Numbered from the whole stretch's first letter, positions 1 through 11,607 are shown. The stretch is 63,982 nt of DNA, filler included, from Octopus bimaculoides (GCF_001194135.2; 4 parts of 4 records of this genome joined end to end with filler, not necessarily neighbours in it), one strand, 5' to 3'. Made by a program: numbers and translations. Notes: a model not told the origin generated them from the letters alone.

Positions 1-66
1 CTTTTACTTGTTTCGGTCATTTGACTGCGGCCATGCTGGAGCACCGCCTTTAGTCGAGCAAATCGA
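1..66 (-). mobile_element. SINE family A (octopus-type), 3' end fragment
   Basis: Reverse complement matches the 3' end of the full copy at 49910-50329 (cgactaaaggcggtgctccagcatggccgcagtcaaatgac). Confidence 0.85.
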
Positions 67-911
67 AAAGCGATGTATATTGGGCAGATGGCTCTTCTGA
101 AAAACGTATCGTTTGTATTGTACATAATTATTATATCTGTATGGTGAATGTTATATATAAGCAATGTTATCACAATAATGCACCTCTTTCTTCTGACACA
201 TAGAAAAGAAGAATATGGCAACATCGTTATCTCTTTGGATTTGGAATTTGAAAATATCCTTCTGTTTATTTCCATATCAAATGGAAGATCCTAAAGGAGT
301 GCAGACAATATGTAAATAGATGAGAGAAAAGCATAGCTGAGAAGAGTTCCATACAGAAAGATTTTAACATTTACGAAATTATCTAAACGATCAGAAATCA
401 TTAAGTGATATTTTCACTATGATAAATACCTTCTATATATAGTTCGAACTGATCGCGCCACCATTAACTAGACCAACATTTCAATTTCAGTTATTTCTTT
501 TATCTTACATCCCCCCAATTTATACTTATCTTTATAAACGCCAGTACGTTTTCGTAAATCTTTATATATTTCTCCACCCGTTTCACTCCTTAATTGACAT
601 CCCCTACTCACAATTTACTAATTTTTATAACTCTTGTATTTTACACATGTTATGTAGTTATTTATTTTATTTCTTAAAGTTATCTTTTGCTTATATATCA
701 TTATATTCATTTTTCTACATAGTACATTATTTCACCGAAGAAAATAATATTTCTATATAACAAATTGCGGCCCATAAAATTCTCTTTTACATTAGTATGA
801 AATATGAAACCCACATCTTTAACACATCCAAACTTTTATCAACACAAAAAACTTTGCATATTATATTACTGACCGTTATATTTGAGATTAGATGCTGTAA
901 ATAAGTGGGCA

Positions 912-949
<38 letters not shown>

Positions 950-956
<7 letters not shown>

Positions 957-2270
957 AAGATATTTTAACTGGAAATTTTCTCTGGAATATCTTTGCCATA
1001 AAATGCATAATGGTACCTGCAGACTAACATAATGTAATTAGTCACATACAATAATTAATAGATTCGTCGTGTCTCTGCTTTATGAAGGGAGTCTATAACA
1101 GAAGAATGCCCTGGTCGTTACCCAAACTTACATCTCACTACATGGTACAATTCAGGCTTTAATATATTAAGAATTTGGGAATTTTCTCCCTTACATCTCT
1201 GGCTATGTGATTGACATTAATGCAACTGGTTCGTCTTCTAATTACGGGTGCAGTTTCAATTTATAAAATGTCGTTTAACCTATATCTAACTGTATTGAAA
1301 CGTATCCATCTAGTTGGTTTCGGAGCCTTCATACCTCCATGCATTACTTACCTGACAATTTATAAGTCTAAACTCTAAGCAGTTGCTCAAAGAATTAGAA
1401 ATTACAACCAAAACTTAATCATATCGCACGTCACGACTTTAGAACCCATTCTGATACTGTTCAATGATGGCTGCAATTTTGAGAATATAATGGCTGCAAT
1501 TTCTGGAATATAAAACGTTATTCAATCCGGGCTCCAACAAACTTATTGCTAAACAACAATAACGAGACTTCCAAGATGCTAAGCTGTCTTCTGTTACAGT
1601 GACATACATTTGCCAATTGTACCTAACTCATCTCTCAGCTGATCGTCATTACAAACCCATTTTATAGTTTTGACTCTGCAGTATTTTTCATAACCTTTTT
1701 TAAGTAGCGACATGTTTATACTTTTTTTAGGGTAGATGAACATGCATCAAACCAACCTTAATATATACCTTAGGCACCTCTATGGATCGAAGCTAAATCA
1801 AAGTGTATGTAGTCTTGTCCAGATCTTAACACTGACGTCAGAGTAAAGAATATTGCGAAGAGGTTTGTTCCCAAATTGGAATAGTTATTTGAGAAGTCCA
1901 TACTTTACTCGGAGGACGTTATCAACATTTACACTAATCCAAAATACAAGTTTAATCATACCTTCATTTCATGAAGATTCTAACTTCTTACAATAATCTC
2001 TTATCTCTGGCCACTCCTCTTTCAACCGCCTTAATAATAATTGATTTATTGCAAAATAAAAATAAAGTAAACAAGCTCACAGCTACCAATATACTGCGAA
2101 GTTAGAATCCAATACTTTTGTTCAAGTATATACATGTGATTTGTTTCAAGCATTTTATTGGCATAGGTCGGTGTATAGAAGTAGACATTGATTGGAAAAC
2201 GAAGCTTATGGTAAAACTGATAACTATCAAAACACTCTGGAGAGAAAGGAAAAAACGTGTTTAAGAAAAC
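950..2270 (+). mobile_element. Very decayed Penelope-like RT/GIY-YIG remnant inside the duplicated upstream region
   Basis: Motif fragments survive across frameshifts in PLE order: CFMKGVYNRRMPW (FM..E...P..W.RY), SFLD (clearer in copy 2, about 22018), SLH.S and AQRIRNY/FSQRIRNY (S.HP...YSQ.LRIRRI). Boundaries approximate. Confidence 0.45.
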
Positions 2271-2572
2271 TAAAATAGCCTAACGGCAACCTCTAGGGTT
2301 TGACGTAAGAGAATTTCAATTTGCTCACATATCTTTACAAAGGTAGAAAAGAATTGACGATATTGTTTTAAGAACATTTTTTTCGAATTCAGTGTTAAAT
2401 CAATTGGTTTCATCGATCTGTGTCAGAACAACGATAAAACAAAAACAAAATAACCCCGTTTACCGAAACTGGAAAACAAGCATCAAGTGGCAGATCTTGT
2501 TTGTAGTGAGACATTTCTGTTTCGCCGAATTCCAAGTAAAAGTGAATATTACATAGCAACTCTGTAACAGTC

Positions 2573-2585
2573 ATGAATCTGAAAG
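2573..2585 (+). CDS. Exon 1 (coding part MNLK+G) of a secreted PAN/apple-like protein gene
   Basis: ATG AAT CTG AAA G|gtaagt is a strong phase-1 donor, in phase with exon 2 (G|GA ATG). It is identical in the duplicate at 23272-23284. Confidence 0.55.
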
Positions 2586-3809
2586 GTAAGTGAATTAATG
2601 ATATTAGGAATCGAAAGAGAGATAATAAGTACAATTGTTTGTATAATTCTCTGTTGAAAAATACTGTCACTGATTTGTACTTTCATAACATTTGTTCTGT
2701 CATTACCATTTCCCATCTTCAAAGAGAGGGGAAGAGAAGACGGTGGGTTTGTAGAAGTTATGCACCTACTGCTAACATCTTTTGTAATTTTACATTCTGA
2801 TTTCGAATCCCACATAGATTTCTGTTCATCTACCCGTCTATTATGTGGCCATTATCTCTGAGAGAAATCATTTTTATTTTTAGATAGAGGGCAGTAAATC
2901 AGTCAATCATTCGAACTAAATGCCACTATTTAATCTCTATTCGACTTCCCCCTCTCGTATATGATATACAGAAATTCGATCCAAACGATTATATAACTTT
3001 GCTTCACAAAACTGCGTCTTTGTACATTTGTAAGAACATATTATCATTTCTAGTTAACGAGCGTTGTTTAAACCTATATTAATGGAACTCTTGATATCAG
3101 CTATAACCAGCAATATGACGTTATTGAATTAGCTTAACTCTAAATTCCTAAGACAGGGAGCAGTTGGGAAAAATACTTCTTCCGGACACTGTAACACGCT
3201 GTCTACATCTGGATATGAACCTATACGATTTTACAATTATTATTCACTCTCATGGTTCAGATTAGTACTGCAGTGAATGCACGTGATAAAAATAAGACTA
3301 CTAAATAATAATAATTCCATGTAACCACAACTGAAGTTACTGGAAAACATAGGAGGTTCTGGCTGAAGAAAAGAACACTAAAAATAAAAAGAGACCGAGA
3401 GCACAATACTGAAGGCTCAACCTTAGGAATGATCAAGTGTCTGAGCTGAGCGACATGTGTAACAGAGTGCATGAAACCATTGCGTAAATCACAAACGAAT
3501 GTCCTAGATTTGGTGACATGATCAAATAGCGAAAGTGTTACATTGGAGAATGTGCGAAAAATGGGGCTAGATGTGTTTTTCACAATAATAGAAATAATAG
3601 AGCGCAATATTTTTCCTATTCCTCCGAGTTCTGACGAGAACACAATATTAATTAGTCGTGCTGGTTTCTAACATCTCTTTTAATAGCTAGTGCGAAACCA
3701 ATTGGTAAGATTGGTGGTAATGAATATATTACACTGTACACTTTGATTAATATACCTATACTATAGACAGATATTTTTATACATATATTTTCTGATTCAT
3801 AGATTTTTA

Positions 3810-3841
<32 letters not shown>

Positions 3842-4326
3842 CTGCATATACATATATATATGTATGTATATATATATATATATATATATNNNNNNNNNNN
3901 NNNNNNNNNNNNNNNNNNNNNNNNNNNNNNNNNNNNNNNNNNNNNNNNNNNNNNNNNNNNNNNNNNNNNNNNNNNNNNNNNNNNNNNNNNNNNNNNNNNN
4001 NNNNNNNNNNNNNNNNNNNNNNNNNNNNNNNNNNNNNNNNNNNNNNNNNNNNNNNNNNNNNNNNNNNNNNNNNNNNNNNNNNNNNNNNNNNNNNNNNNNN
4101 NNNNNNNNNNNNNNNNNNNNNNNNNNNNNNNNNNNNNNNNNNNNNNNNNNNNNNNNNNNNNNNNNNNNNNNNNNNNNNNNNNNNNNNNNNNNNNNNNNNN
4201 NNNNNNNNNNNNNNNNNNNNNNNNNNNNNNNNNNNNNNNNNNNNNNNNNNNNNNNNNNNNNNNNNNNNNNNNNNNNNNNNNNNNNNNNNNNNNNNNNNNN
4301 NNNNNNNNNNNNNNNNNNNNNNNNNN

Positions 4327-4361
<35 letters not shown>

Positions 4362-4374
4362 GTATATTTTTCAG

Positions 4375-4704
4375 GAATGAGAACATCAATTCAATGTCAT
4401 TTGAGGCTGAAATCGCTGCAAGCTTTTGCACTAATATTTTTCATCCCTCCGATAAGCTGCAAAGCAGATTGTAAAGAAAGTAATTTCAAACGACTTACTA
4501 AATCAAAATGCTTATTAGGCCAATCTAGAATAACTGAAACGACGGCATCTCGTACCCAATGTGCAATTCGCTGTTTATCATGCGCTGCGTGTGGATATTT
4601 CAGCTATTGTAATGGCGTATGTCACATGCATCAACCGTTTTACTACCAAAAACTTGAAGATTATGATTGCGACTGTTCATCGTATATCTTGCTCAAAGAA
4701 AACG
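4375..4704 (+). CDS. Exon 2: signal peptide plus Cys-rich PAN/apple-like domain
   Basis: Acceptor tttttcag|GA, donor AAC G|gtatgt, 330 nt open. Encodes MRTSIQCHLRLKSLQAFALIFFIPPISCKADCKESNFKRLTKSKCLLGQSRITETTASRTQCAIRCLSCAACGYFSYCNGVCHMHQPFYYQKLEDYDCDCSSYILLKEN, with a C-x3-C...C..F.Y....C pattern. Confidence 0.88.
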
Positions 4705-4905
4705 GTATGTAAACCATATTTTTCTCGTCTTTTTTAGTCTTTGTGTTATATTTCCATCATTTATCTAACGTTATATATAAGTATGGGGGTTTAGTTCACA
4801 GGAGGTGAGTCCTGTAACGGATTTGTAGGTCTCCAAGGTTATAACTGAGACGGTAGTTATGGGGTCCTAGCAAGTTTCTGATGCAGCGGATATATAATTT
4901 TTAAA

Positions 4906-5053
4906 TTTCTCTCTCTCAATCTCCTTATTCCTTTAATCACTTCCTCTCTGTAGTCATCTTATTAATATATACCATTCTCTTTTGCCCCTAGTTTTCCTTT
5001 TGTCTCTGATGATACAATATCCCATACTTGAGGATATCACAGAAACAGCTGTA
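4906..5053 (+). mobile_element. Solo Penelope-like pLTR fragment with target-site duplication (left arm of inverted pair)
   Basis: Flanked by tatataatttttaaa at 4891-4905 and 5052-5066. Ends in the hammerhead motif GAAACAGCTGTA. Confidence 0.75.
5002..5053 (+). ncRNA. Minimal type-I hammerhead ribozyme motif, truncated at its cleavage site
   Basis: gtct-CTGATGA-taca[atatcc catacttga ggatat]caca-GAAAC-AGCT-GTA. The 3' strand of stem I (agac) is absent. Confidence 0.6.
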
Positions 5054-5138
5054 TATAATTTTTAAAGAGGACAACCAAATTTAAGGCAAGGTAAACGTCG
5101 CAAGTTGTATGCAATATTATTATTGGAAAACATCTAAA

Positions 5139-5194
5139 GTCTTACAGCTGTTTCTGTGATATCCTCAAGTATGGGATATTGTATCATCAGAGAC
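5139..5194 (-). ncRNA. Minimal type-I hammerhead ribozyme motif, complete consensus
   Basis: Minus strand reads gtct CTGATGA tacaatatcc catacttga ggatatcaca GAAAC AGCT GTA agac. Stem I is gtct/agac, stem II core is atatcc/ggatat, and stem III is the palindrome ACAGCTGT. The base of stem II is mismatched. Confidence 0.65.
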
Positions 5195-5290
5195 AAAAGG
5201 AAAACTAGGGGCAAAAGAGAATGGTATATATTAATGAGATGACTACAGACAGGAAGTGATTAAAGGAATAAGGAGATTGAGAGAGAGAAA
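5143..5290 (-). mobile_element. Second pLTR copy, right arm of a 148-bp inverted repeat
   Basis: Reverse complement of 4906-5053 with two visible mismatches; 89-bp spacer. Confidence 0.9.
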
Positions 5291-5494
5291 AGAAAAGAAA
5301 AAAAGGCATAAATTTCATAATTTAGCTTCATGATGATGTCGCAAATACAAGAACTTGAGTCCTTAGGTATCCTGAGTATATCTATGGATATAAATCATTG
5401 GAAGTAATCCTGTGTAGATCCATGTGGGTTAAGGTCTTGATGTGATACGATCTATAAAGAAAAAGGGACACGAATATCTCAACGTCCAATAGTA

Positions 5495-5674
5495 GTACCT
5501 GTATTTCAAAGGGCCAGCCTTGTCGCACTCTGTGTCCCGCCGAATCTCCCTGGGAACTACGTTAAGAGTACACGTGTCTGTGGAGTTCTCAGTCACTTGC
5601 ACGTTAATTTCACGAGCAAGCTGTTCCGTTGATCGGATCAGCTGGGACCCTCATCGTCGTAACCGACGGAGTGC
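5495..5674 (+). mobile_element. SINE family B, 3' half
   Basis: gtacctgtatttcaaagggccagccttgtc...cgtaaccgacggagtgc. Near-identical to 12844-13028, and its 3' end recurs at 60679-60718. Confidence 0.85.
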
Positions 5675-5679
5675 TCCTA

Positions 5680-7640
5680 TTAGAAACAGAGAAAAACATA
5701 CTAGACCGTCAAATAAACCCCCAAAATTATTTTCATAAGGTGAAAATATATATAGTATACTCACATCTAAGAACAAGAGAAAACACATACCTAACCAAAC
5801 ACCACAACCAAAATCCAAAGCTCGCCAGAGAAAAGATGTTAATAATAGAAGAAATAATAGACAAAAAGGAATCTATTTTTGAAGGTCAGGACAGCAGACA
5901 CCAGAGAAAGAAACTGACCAAGAAAAAACAACTGAGAAACTACTGAGAGGATAGACCCTAGAAATATTAATCTGTCAAAAAGAAATATTGGTAGTGACAA
6001 ACGGCAGGACTAAAATTCACACCTACAGTCAACCATCAGGAAATGGAGGAAAATATTCCAAACAAACTACAGCTTGTGGAGTTTTTTACTGATAAAAATA
6101 ATGACAATGACGAATCCTTGGCGATCAAAATTTATTCCGCCAAAAGACGAAATACACATTTAGATCAATGCATTGATATCTTCTGCAGATTTCTACGTCA
6201 CATCAAACATTTCAAAACGAGAAAAGTCTGCCCTTATACGTCTTAAAAATGACAACACAATTGACATCAAAGAAGCAGATAAAGGGGATACCATTTTCAT
6301 AATGGATACGGAATATTACCAGGGTTTAGCTGAAGATCATTTGAAGGATAAAACGTTTTACCATGAAATACCCTGAAATATTGACCTCTGCATCAGGATG
6401 AAACTCAATTATTTAGTATTAAAACATTATAACTCCCTCACTCCGAATGAAAGGGACTATATTAACACTTTTGAGTCGAAATCCAGCTACTTCTGTGGCT
6501 TACCTAAAATACAGGAGTCAAAATAAATACGATACGCTATGAAGGAACAAGGTAGTGGATGCATAAAACTATTACAACCAAGAAAAAAATTAAACTAATA
6601 CCCATTATAACTGATCCAGTCTGTCCTACACATCGTCGGAGCAACCTCATTGGCATTATCCTAAAACCACTATGTAGTCACCTATTGAGTTTCATTCGGG
6701 ATGGCATCGATTTCCTGTCACATCTGCCCAAAACAACAGAATCCAATTCGCTGTTAGTTTTGATGTAGAAAACTTATATAAGAACATTCCACATGATTTG
6801 GGAATTACTGCCATAAAATATTGGGTCGAGAAACATAGAGAAGTGATCCCCAGTAGATTTACTGTTATAAGGTCGTGAGTTCAATTCCTGGCAGTCAGCC
6901 TCATCCTCGAAAACAATACATTCCTTTTCAACGGAGGCACAGCTATGAGGACGCGATTTGCTCCAGTTTTCATGAACTCAGTATTGGGATACTTGGGAAA
7001 AAGAAGTATATAAAAAAAGTGAAGAAAAGTACGGCATGACCTTTAGAAGATAGCGAGAGGACACATGGAAAAGATAACTCGATGATCGTTTCCTAATTTG
7101 AACGAAATCCCTAAAAAATCTGGAATAACTCAGCACCCTCCTCAACACTCCACACCCTAGTCTCAAATTCACAAGAGAAATGAGTAACATACAATTACCA
7201 TTTCTTGACATAATGGTAATTAAAAACAACACGACAATCATAACTAATATTTATTACGAAATCACAGATGCACAGCAGCACCTAAATTTCAAATCATGCC
7301 GGCCAACACACATAAAATGTAACATCCCGCACTGTCTAGCCAGGAAAATTTGTACTATGGTAGATGATCCAAATAACAGAAACATACGACTTATAGAACC
7401 CAAAGGATTTCTACTCAAGCAGAAAAAGCATACAACGAGCAAAAGAAAATAGCATACAGCGAGCAAAAGAGATACCTACAGAACAACTTAGGACAACACG
7501 AGAAGCACGAACCCATCAACGGAACTCAAAGCCATTTCTAGTAACACACAATCCGCATTATCAAAACATTTTTTAACAAATGTTCCAATCATGAAAGAAA
7601 GTGAAAAATTTGAAAACATGGTAACAGGAAAATATTATAT
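5680..7640 (+). mobile_element. Penelope-like retroelement, degenerate reverse transcriptase, 3'-truncated
   Basis: Frameshifted motifs in order: IDIKEADKGDTIFIMD, FCGLPKI, LIPIITDPVCPTH, FDVENLYKNIPH, QLPFLDIMV, HLNFKSCRPTHIKCNIPHCLARKIC. Same family as 53340-55850. Confidence 0.88.
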
Positions 7641-7772
7641 CGCATTCAATGATTTTAGAATCGGCTCAGTTAATTTTCATTGTACTGTGTGCTACATATT
7701 TCCTTTAACATCTTAATAAAGCTTCTGTGCACTTAAATATAACTCATTGATATCCATTTCTGGTTGTTTCAG

Positions 7773-7864
7773 GCCAAAACTGGCAGAAAGTATTTAAGCT
7801 GACCGAAAGATCATATGAAAGAAGCCCTCTTTATTTATACTGGGAGAATTTACCTATTGAAAAG
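7773..7864 (+). CDS. Exon 3 of the PAN-like gene
   Basis: Acceptor ttgtttcag|GC, donor AAG|gtaata, 92 nt, phase 1 to 0. Encodes (G)QNWQKVFKLTERSYERSPLYLYWENLPIEK. Confidence 0.8.
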
Positions 7865-8119
7865 GTAATACAGTTTTGAATTTTCAAAATGATACACATT
7901 TAAATAACAGATTCTCAGTTCCCTGTCTCTTGTGATGTATGATTTTTACCTTTTCCTGTCGATATTGCAGTGGTGTATGTAATTAGTGCTGCTGGGGTTG
8001 TCCATGTCCTTTCTGCTGCTTAACCTTTACATTCAATCAAGATCCAGTTTTGGTTCCTTGTCTTATTTTCGTACATAGTATATCTAGTTCTGTATTTAGG
8101 AGATGAGGAATAATGTACA

Positions 8120-8204
8120 TTATTTACATTATTTATATTTGACGGATACTTGTTAACAAACAAGATGAGGGCAAATATCCGTCAAATATAAATAATGTAA
8201 ATAA
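8120..8204. repeat. Perfect 29-bp inverted repeat with 27-bp spacer
   Basis: ttatttacattatttatatttgacggata (8120-8148) and tatccgtcaaatataaataatgtaaataa (8176-8204). Confidence 0.95.
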
Positions 8205-8279
8205 CGTAAATAATATAGTATATCTATAACAAGATAATCCAATGTGTTTTATTATTAGGTGGTACGGTATAATCTGAGA

Positions 8280-8858
8280 GAGGTTTGCCTTCTATTTCTT
8301 GCAGATTAAGTGAAAACATGTGAGGTTAAAATGGAGTGTGGCATAAAGTCATATCAACTATGGTGGAAGTGTTATCATAGAAATTGTTTTGCCTTGGTAT
8401 AAAAGATGAGCTACAGCAAATATTCTGGTTAGTACCAGAGATTTGCTTGTCAATTGCTTGACCATAACCACTTGAGCACGTTCCTTAGTGGCTGACAATA
8501 TGTGCATCTCTGATCACGAGCAGAAGTAGTTGGAGAGTACCATAGCGATGTGTTGAGAGGAATTCTTGGGAGTTTGAATTATTCACCTCTAGAAACATTC
8601 ATCATTGACCATCCTTAAAATAAATCTTATTCAGGGATCTTTTGAGAAGAATGGGCTACACACCCTAAAGGAAAATATAACTGGGCCCCAACTTTAAAGT
8701 CATGCGCTGTTTATCTCGATGTAAGATCGCCATATCGTGCACATGTGGTTGTGATGCATGTACGTGGTGTAACATTATCAGACGTGTAGTCGAGATTGGT
8801 ATATTGGGCTTCTTTTATTTGTACCCCCAGTGTTTTTGATGACTTACGCTGTTCCCTC
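8280..8858 (+). mobile_element. Non-coding interspersed element (family E) with (AAT)n tail
   Basis: Homologous to 9662-9995 (aaaagatg.gc.acagcaaatattctg...aactgggcccc) and followed directly by (AAT)24. Confidence 0.7.

Positions 8859-8930
<72 letters not shown>
8859..8930. repeat. (AAT)24 microsatellite
   Basis: Direct reading. Confidence 0.98.
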
Positions 8931-9466
8931 TGCACTCCTCTGGAACTTCACCATTCAAACTGACAGAAAGATAGATGCAAATAGGCCAGACATCATACTG
9001 AAAGACTTCAGACAAAAATCATGCCTCCTCATTGATATGACTGTCCCAGTCGATATAAACGTATCTGTCAAGACCTACCAAAAACTGAGCAAATATAAAG
9101 ATCTTGAAATAGAAATTAGCAAAATGTGGAATCTGAAAACGAAAACAATACCTATTNNNNNNNNNNNNNNNNNNNNNNNNNNNNNNNNNNNNNNNNNNNN
9201 NNNNNNNNNNNNNNNNNNNNNNNNNNNNNNNNNNNNNNNNNNNNNNNNNNNNNNNNNNNNNNNNNNNNNNNNNNNNNNNAATTTTAAAACAAACACATAA
9301 TTTTCTCATGGTTTCTTAAACATTCACTAGAACAAAACTGTACAAATCCAAATATATGGTACCCTAGGCATAACACCTACATGAACTTCTAACTTGTTGT
9401 CTCTTAAGGTCTCTGGGTGAGACTTGGATCCAACTTGTACAAATGCAAAACAAAAGTCAAACATAA
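8931..9466 (+). mobile_element. 5'-truncated Dong/R4-like non-LTR retrotransposon (restriction-like endonuclease and 3' UTR)
   Basis: LLWNFTIQTDRKIDANRPDIILKDFRQKSCLLIDMTVPVDINVSVKTYQKLSKYKDL contains the PD..D...K endonuclease pattern. (AAT)n lies on both sides; part of the element is in an N gap. Confidence 0.85.
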
Positions 9467-9543
<77 letters not shown>

Positions 9544-9554
9544 TAATAATAATA
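9467..9554. repeat. (AAT)n microsatellite
   Basis: Direct reading. Confidence 0.97.
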
Positions 9555-9661
9555 ACTTCAGCTAATGATGTTGATATTACAGATCTCAACCACTTGTACT
9601 ATGGATCCGCAAAAATCTCAACGATTCTATGTGGTGAAAAGATTAGAAAATCATTTTAACT

Positions 9662-9995
9662 GATTGGAGGTGTTATCATGTACATGTTTTGTCTTAGAAT
9701 AAAAGATGGGCCACAGCAAATATTCTGCTCAATACCACAGATTTGCTTGATGGTTATTTGACTTTAACCAGTTGAGCATGTCCTTTAGTAGCTGACGATA
9801 TGTGCATCTCTAATCACGAGCAGAGGTATTGGAGGATTATCATAGCAATATGTTGAGAGAAATTCTTTGGGATTTGAGGTAATTCACCTCTTGGAACATG
9901 GGTCTTTTATTCATCGTCCTTAAAACAAACCTTATTCTGGGTCCTTTTGAACAGCATGAGATACTCTCGACTTAAAGAATGTTGTAACTGGGCCC
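9662..9995 (+). mobile_element. Family E element, second and partial copy
   Basis: Homologous to about 8370-8695. Confidence 0.7.
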
Positions 9996-10837
9996 CGTCT
10001 CCGAGTTCGACGTTTCCTTTCATCATTCCCAAGACGATAAAATATTGAGCCAGACGTCCTACTATAAGAGACGGGGGAATTCATAATCAGCAACATAACC
10101 AAAGAGTGTTTGGAAATTGATTCGGTGTGTTGAGTAGGATTATCTCAAGGTTATGAAATAAACTGGTGTTGAAAGATCTGAATGACGGAGGATTCAATCT
10201 CTCTACCGGTGTGTCGGCGTAGAAAGAATATGAAAGATGTAAAAGAAATTTCGAACGTTGAAACAAATGAGAAAGGCGATTTAAGGAGTTTGAAGGGTGC
10301 TGAAAGAGAACTTGAAACAACGCGGAATGATTACTTCAAAGCATAATAACAGGATGTTTCAACTGCTAAACTAAGTTCGAAATGGGTCTGGTGAGTGGTT
10401 TTAAGGTAAGGTAAATAAAGTTTAGTAATCGTGTGTTACAGAAAGACGGATAGAAATATAGATATGATTGTGGCTCAGAGATGAGAGCTGTTTTGTTTCT
10501 CACTTTAATAAGAACTGCTGGATGAGTGAAATTTAGAAGGAACTTAACGAATATCAATGTTACATTGAGGTAGAATTGATTCTTGCTGATGTTGTCTTTC
10601 GCCTTGTTTCTGTTCTGAATTTGTCAAGATTTTGTACTCTTCACAGATGCAATAGAACTTTTTCAAAAATTCTGAAATCCCAATATATAGTCTGATTCAT
10701 TGCCTTGTAAATCACGTATATTTTTTCCTAAACCCAAACACTTTCGCTTCCTTTATCGTGCATTTCCATCACAATTTTCGCAATCAGCTCTTTCTTTATT
10801 TCCACCCCCTCTCTCTCTCTCTATCTCTCTTCCTCTC

Positions 10838-10879
<42 letters not shown>

Positions 10880-11163
10880 CACATAATATATTACCCTTCC
10901 ATTTTNNNNNNNNNNATTGCCTTGTAAATCACGTATATTTTTTCCTAAACCCAAACACTTTCGCTTCCTTTATCGTGCATTTCCATCACAATTTTCGCAA
11001 TCAGCTCTTTCTTTATTTCCACCCCCTCTCTCTCTCTACCTCACTTCCTCACCCGCTTTCTCTCTCCTTATATCTCATCTTTATCTTCTTTCTCTTTCTG
11101 CTACTCACTCCTCTCTCACTCTTTTACATTCTTTATCAATCCTTGTCAACTTTTCTTTTACAG

Positions 11164-11312
11164 GTGAAATTTCTGGCGAGAGCAACTCAGCGAGATTTCG
11201 TATTCATTTTCAATGGAACAGGGACGGATTCTACATCATGGTACCGAAATGATAAACTCATTGAACAGCCTTTGGCATGGAACACTCAATACAACTTTAC
11301 ATCCAACAATGA
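11164..11312 (+). CDS. Exon 4 of the PAN-like gene
   Basis: Long pyrimidine tract ending ttttacag|GTG; donor GA|gtatat is weaker; 149 nt, phase 0 to 2. Encodes VKFLARATQRDFVFIFNGTGTDSTSWYRNDKLIEQPLAWNTQYNFTSNN. Confidence 0.8.
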
Positions 11313-11557
11313 GTATATATTATCTCTTTATTTGTGTTAACATCTTTGATGTTTTCGTGATAATAATAATGATTTCCTGCTGTCAAAGAATCATCGCATA
11401 TTTTGAGGGATATTTTTTAATGATTTCATTAATTAACAGGTATTAATTTACCGAGCCTGGAATAATGAGAGGCATGTTTTAGCTTGCTAGGATTTGAACT
11501 CAAAACGTTAAGGAAAGAAACTATCACAAGTTGCTGGTTCTTACATTCACTGTCTTC

Positions 11558-11558
<1 letters not shown>

Positions 11559-11607
<49 letters not shown>
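11559..11607. repeat. (GTA)n microsatellite
   Basis: Direct reading. Confidence 0.95.

Larger units (their letters stand above)
275..2646 (+). repeat. Segmental duplication, copy 1 (upstream region, exon 1 and start of intron 1)
   Basis: Collinear with 21060-23345, from tatcaaatggaagatcctaaagg through catgaatctgaaaggtaagtgaattaat to aattgtttgtataat, with many substitutions and indels. Confidence 0.95.

Noticed and set aside
10699-11040. About 130-bp direct repeat giving two ORFs starting MPCKSRIFFPK
   Set aside because: The copies flank a 10-N gap, as do the duplications near 59046, 59188, 59524, 59640 and 62013. This is a contig-overlap artefact.
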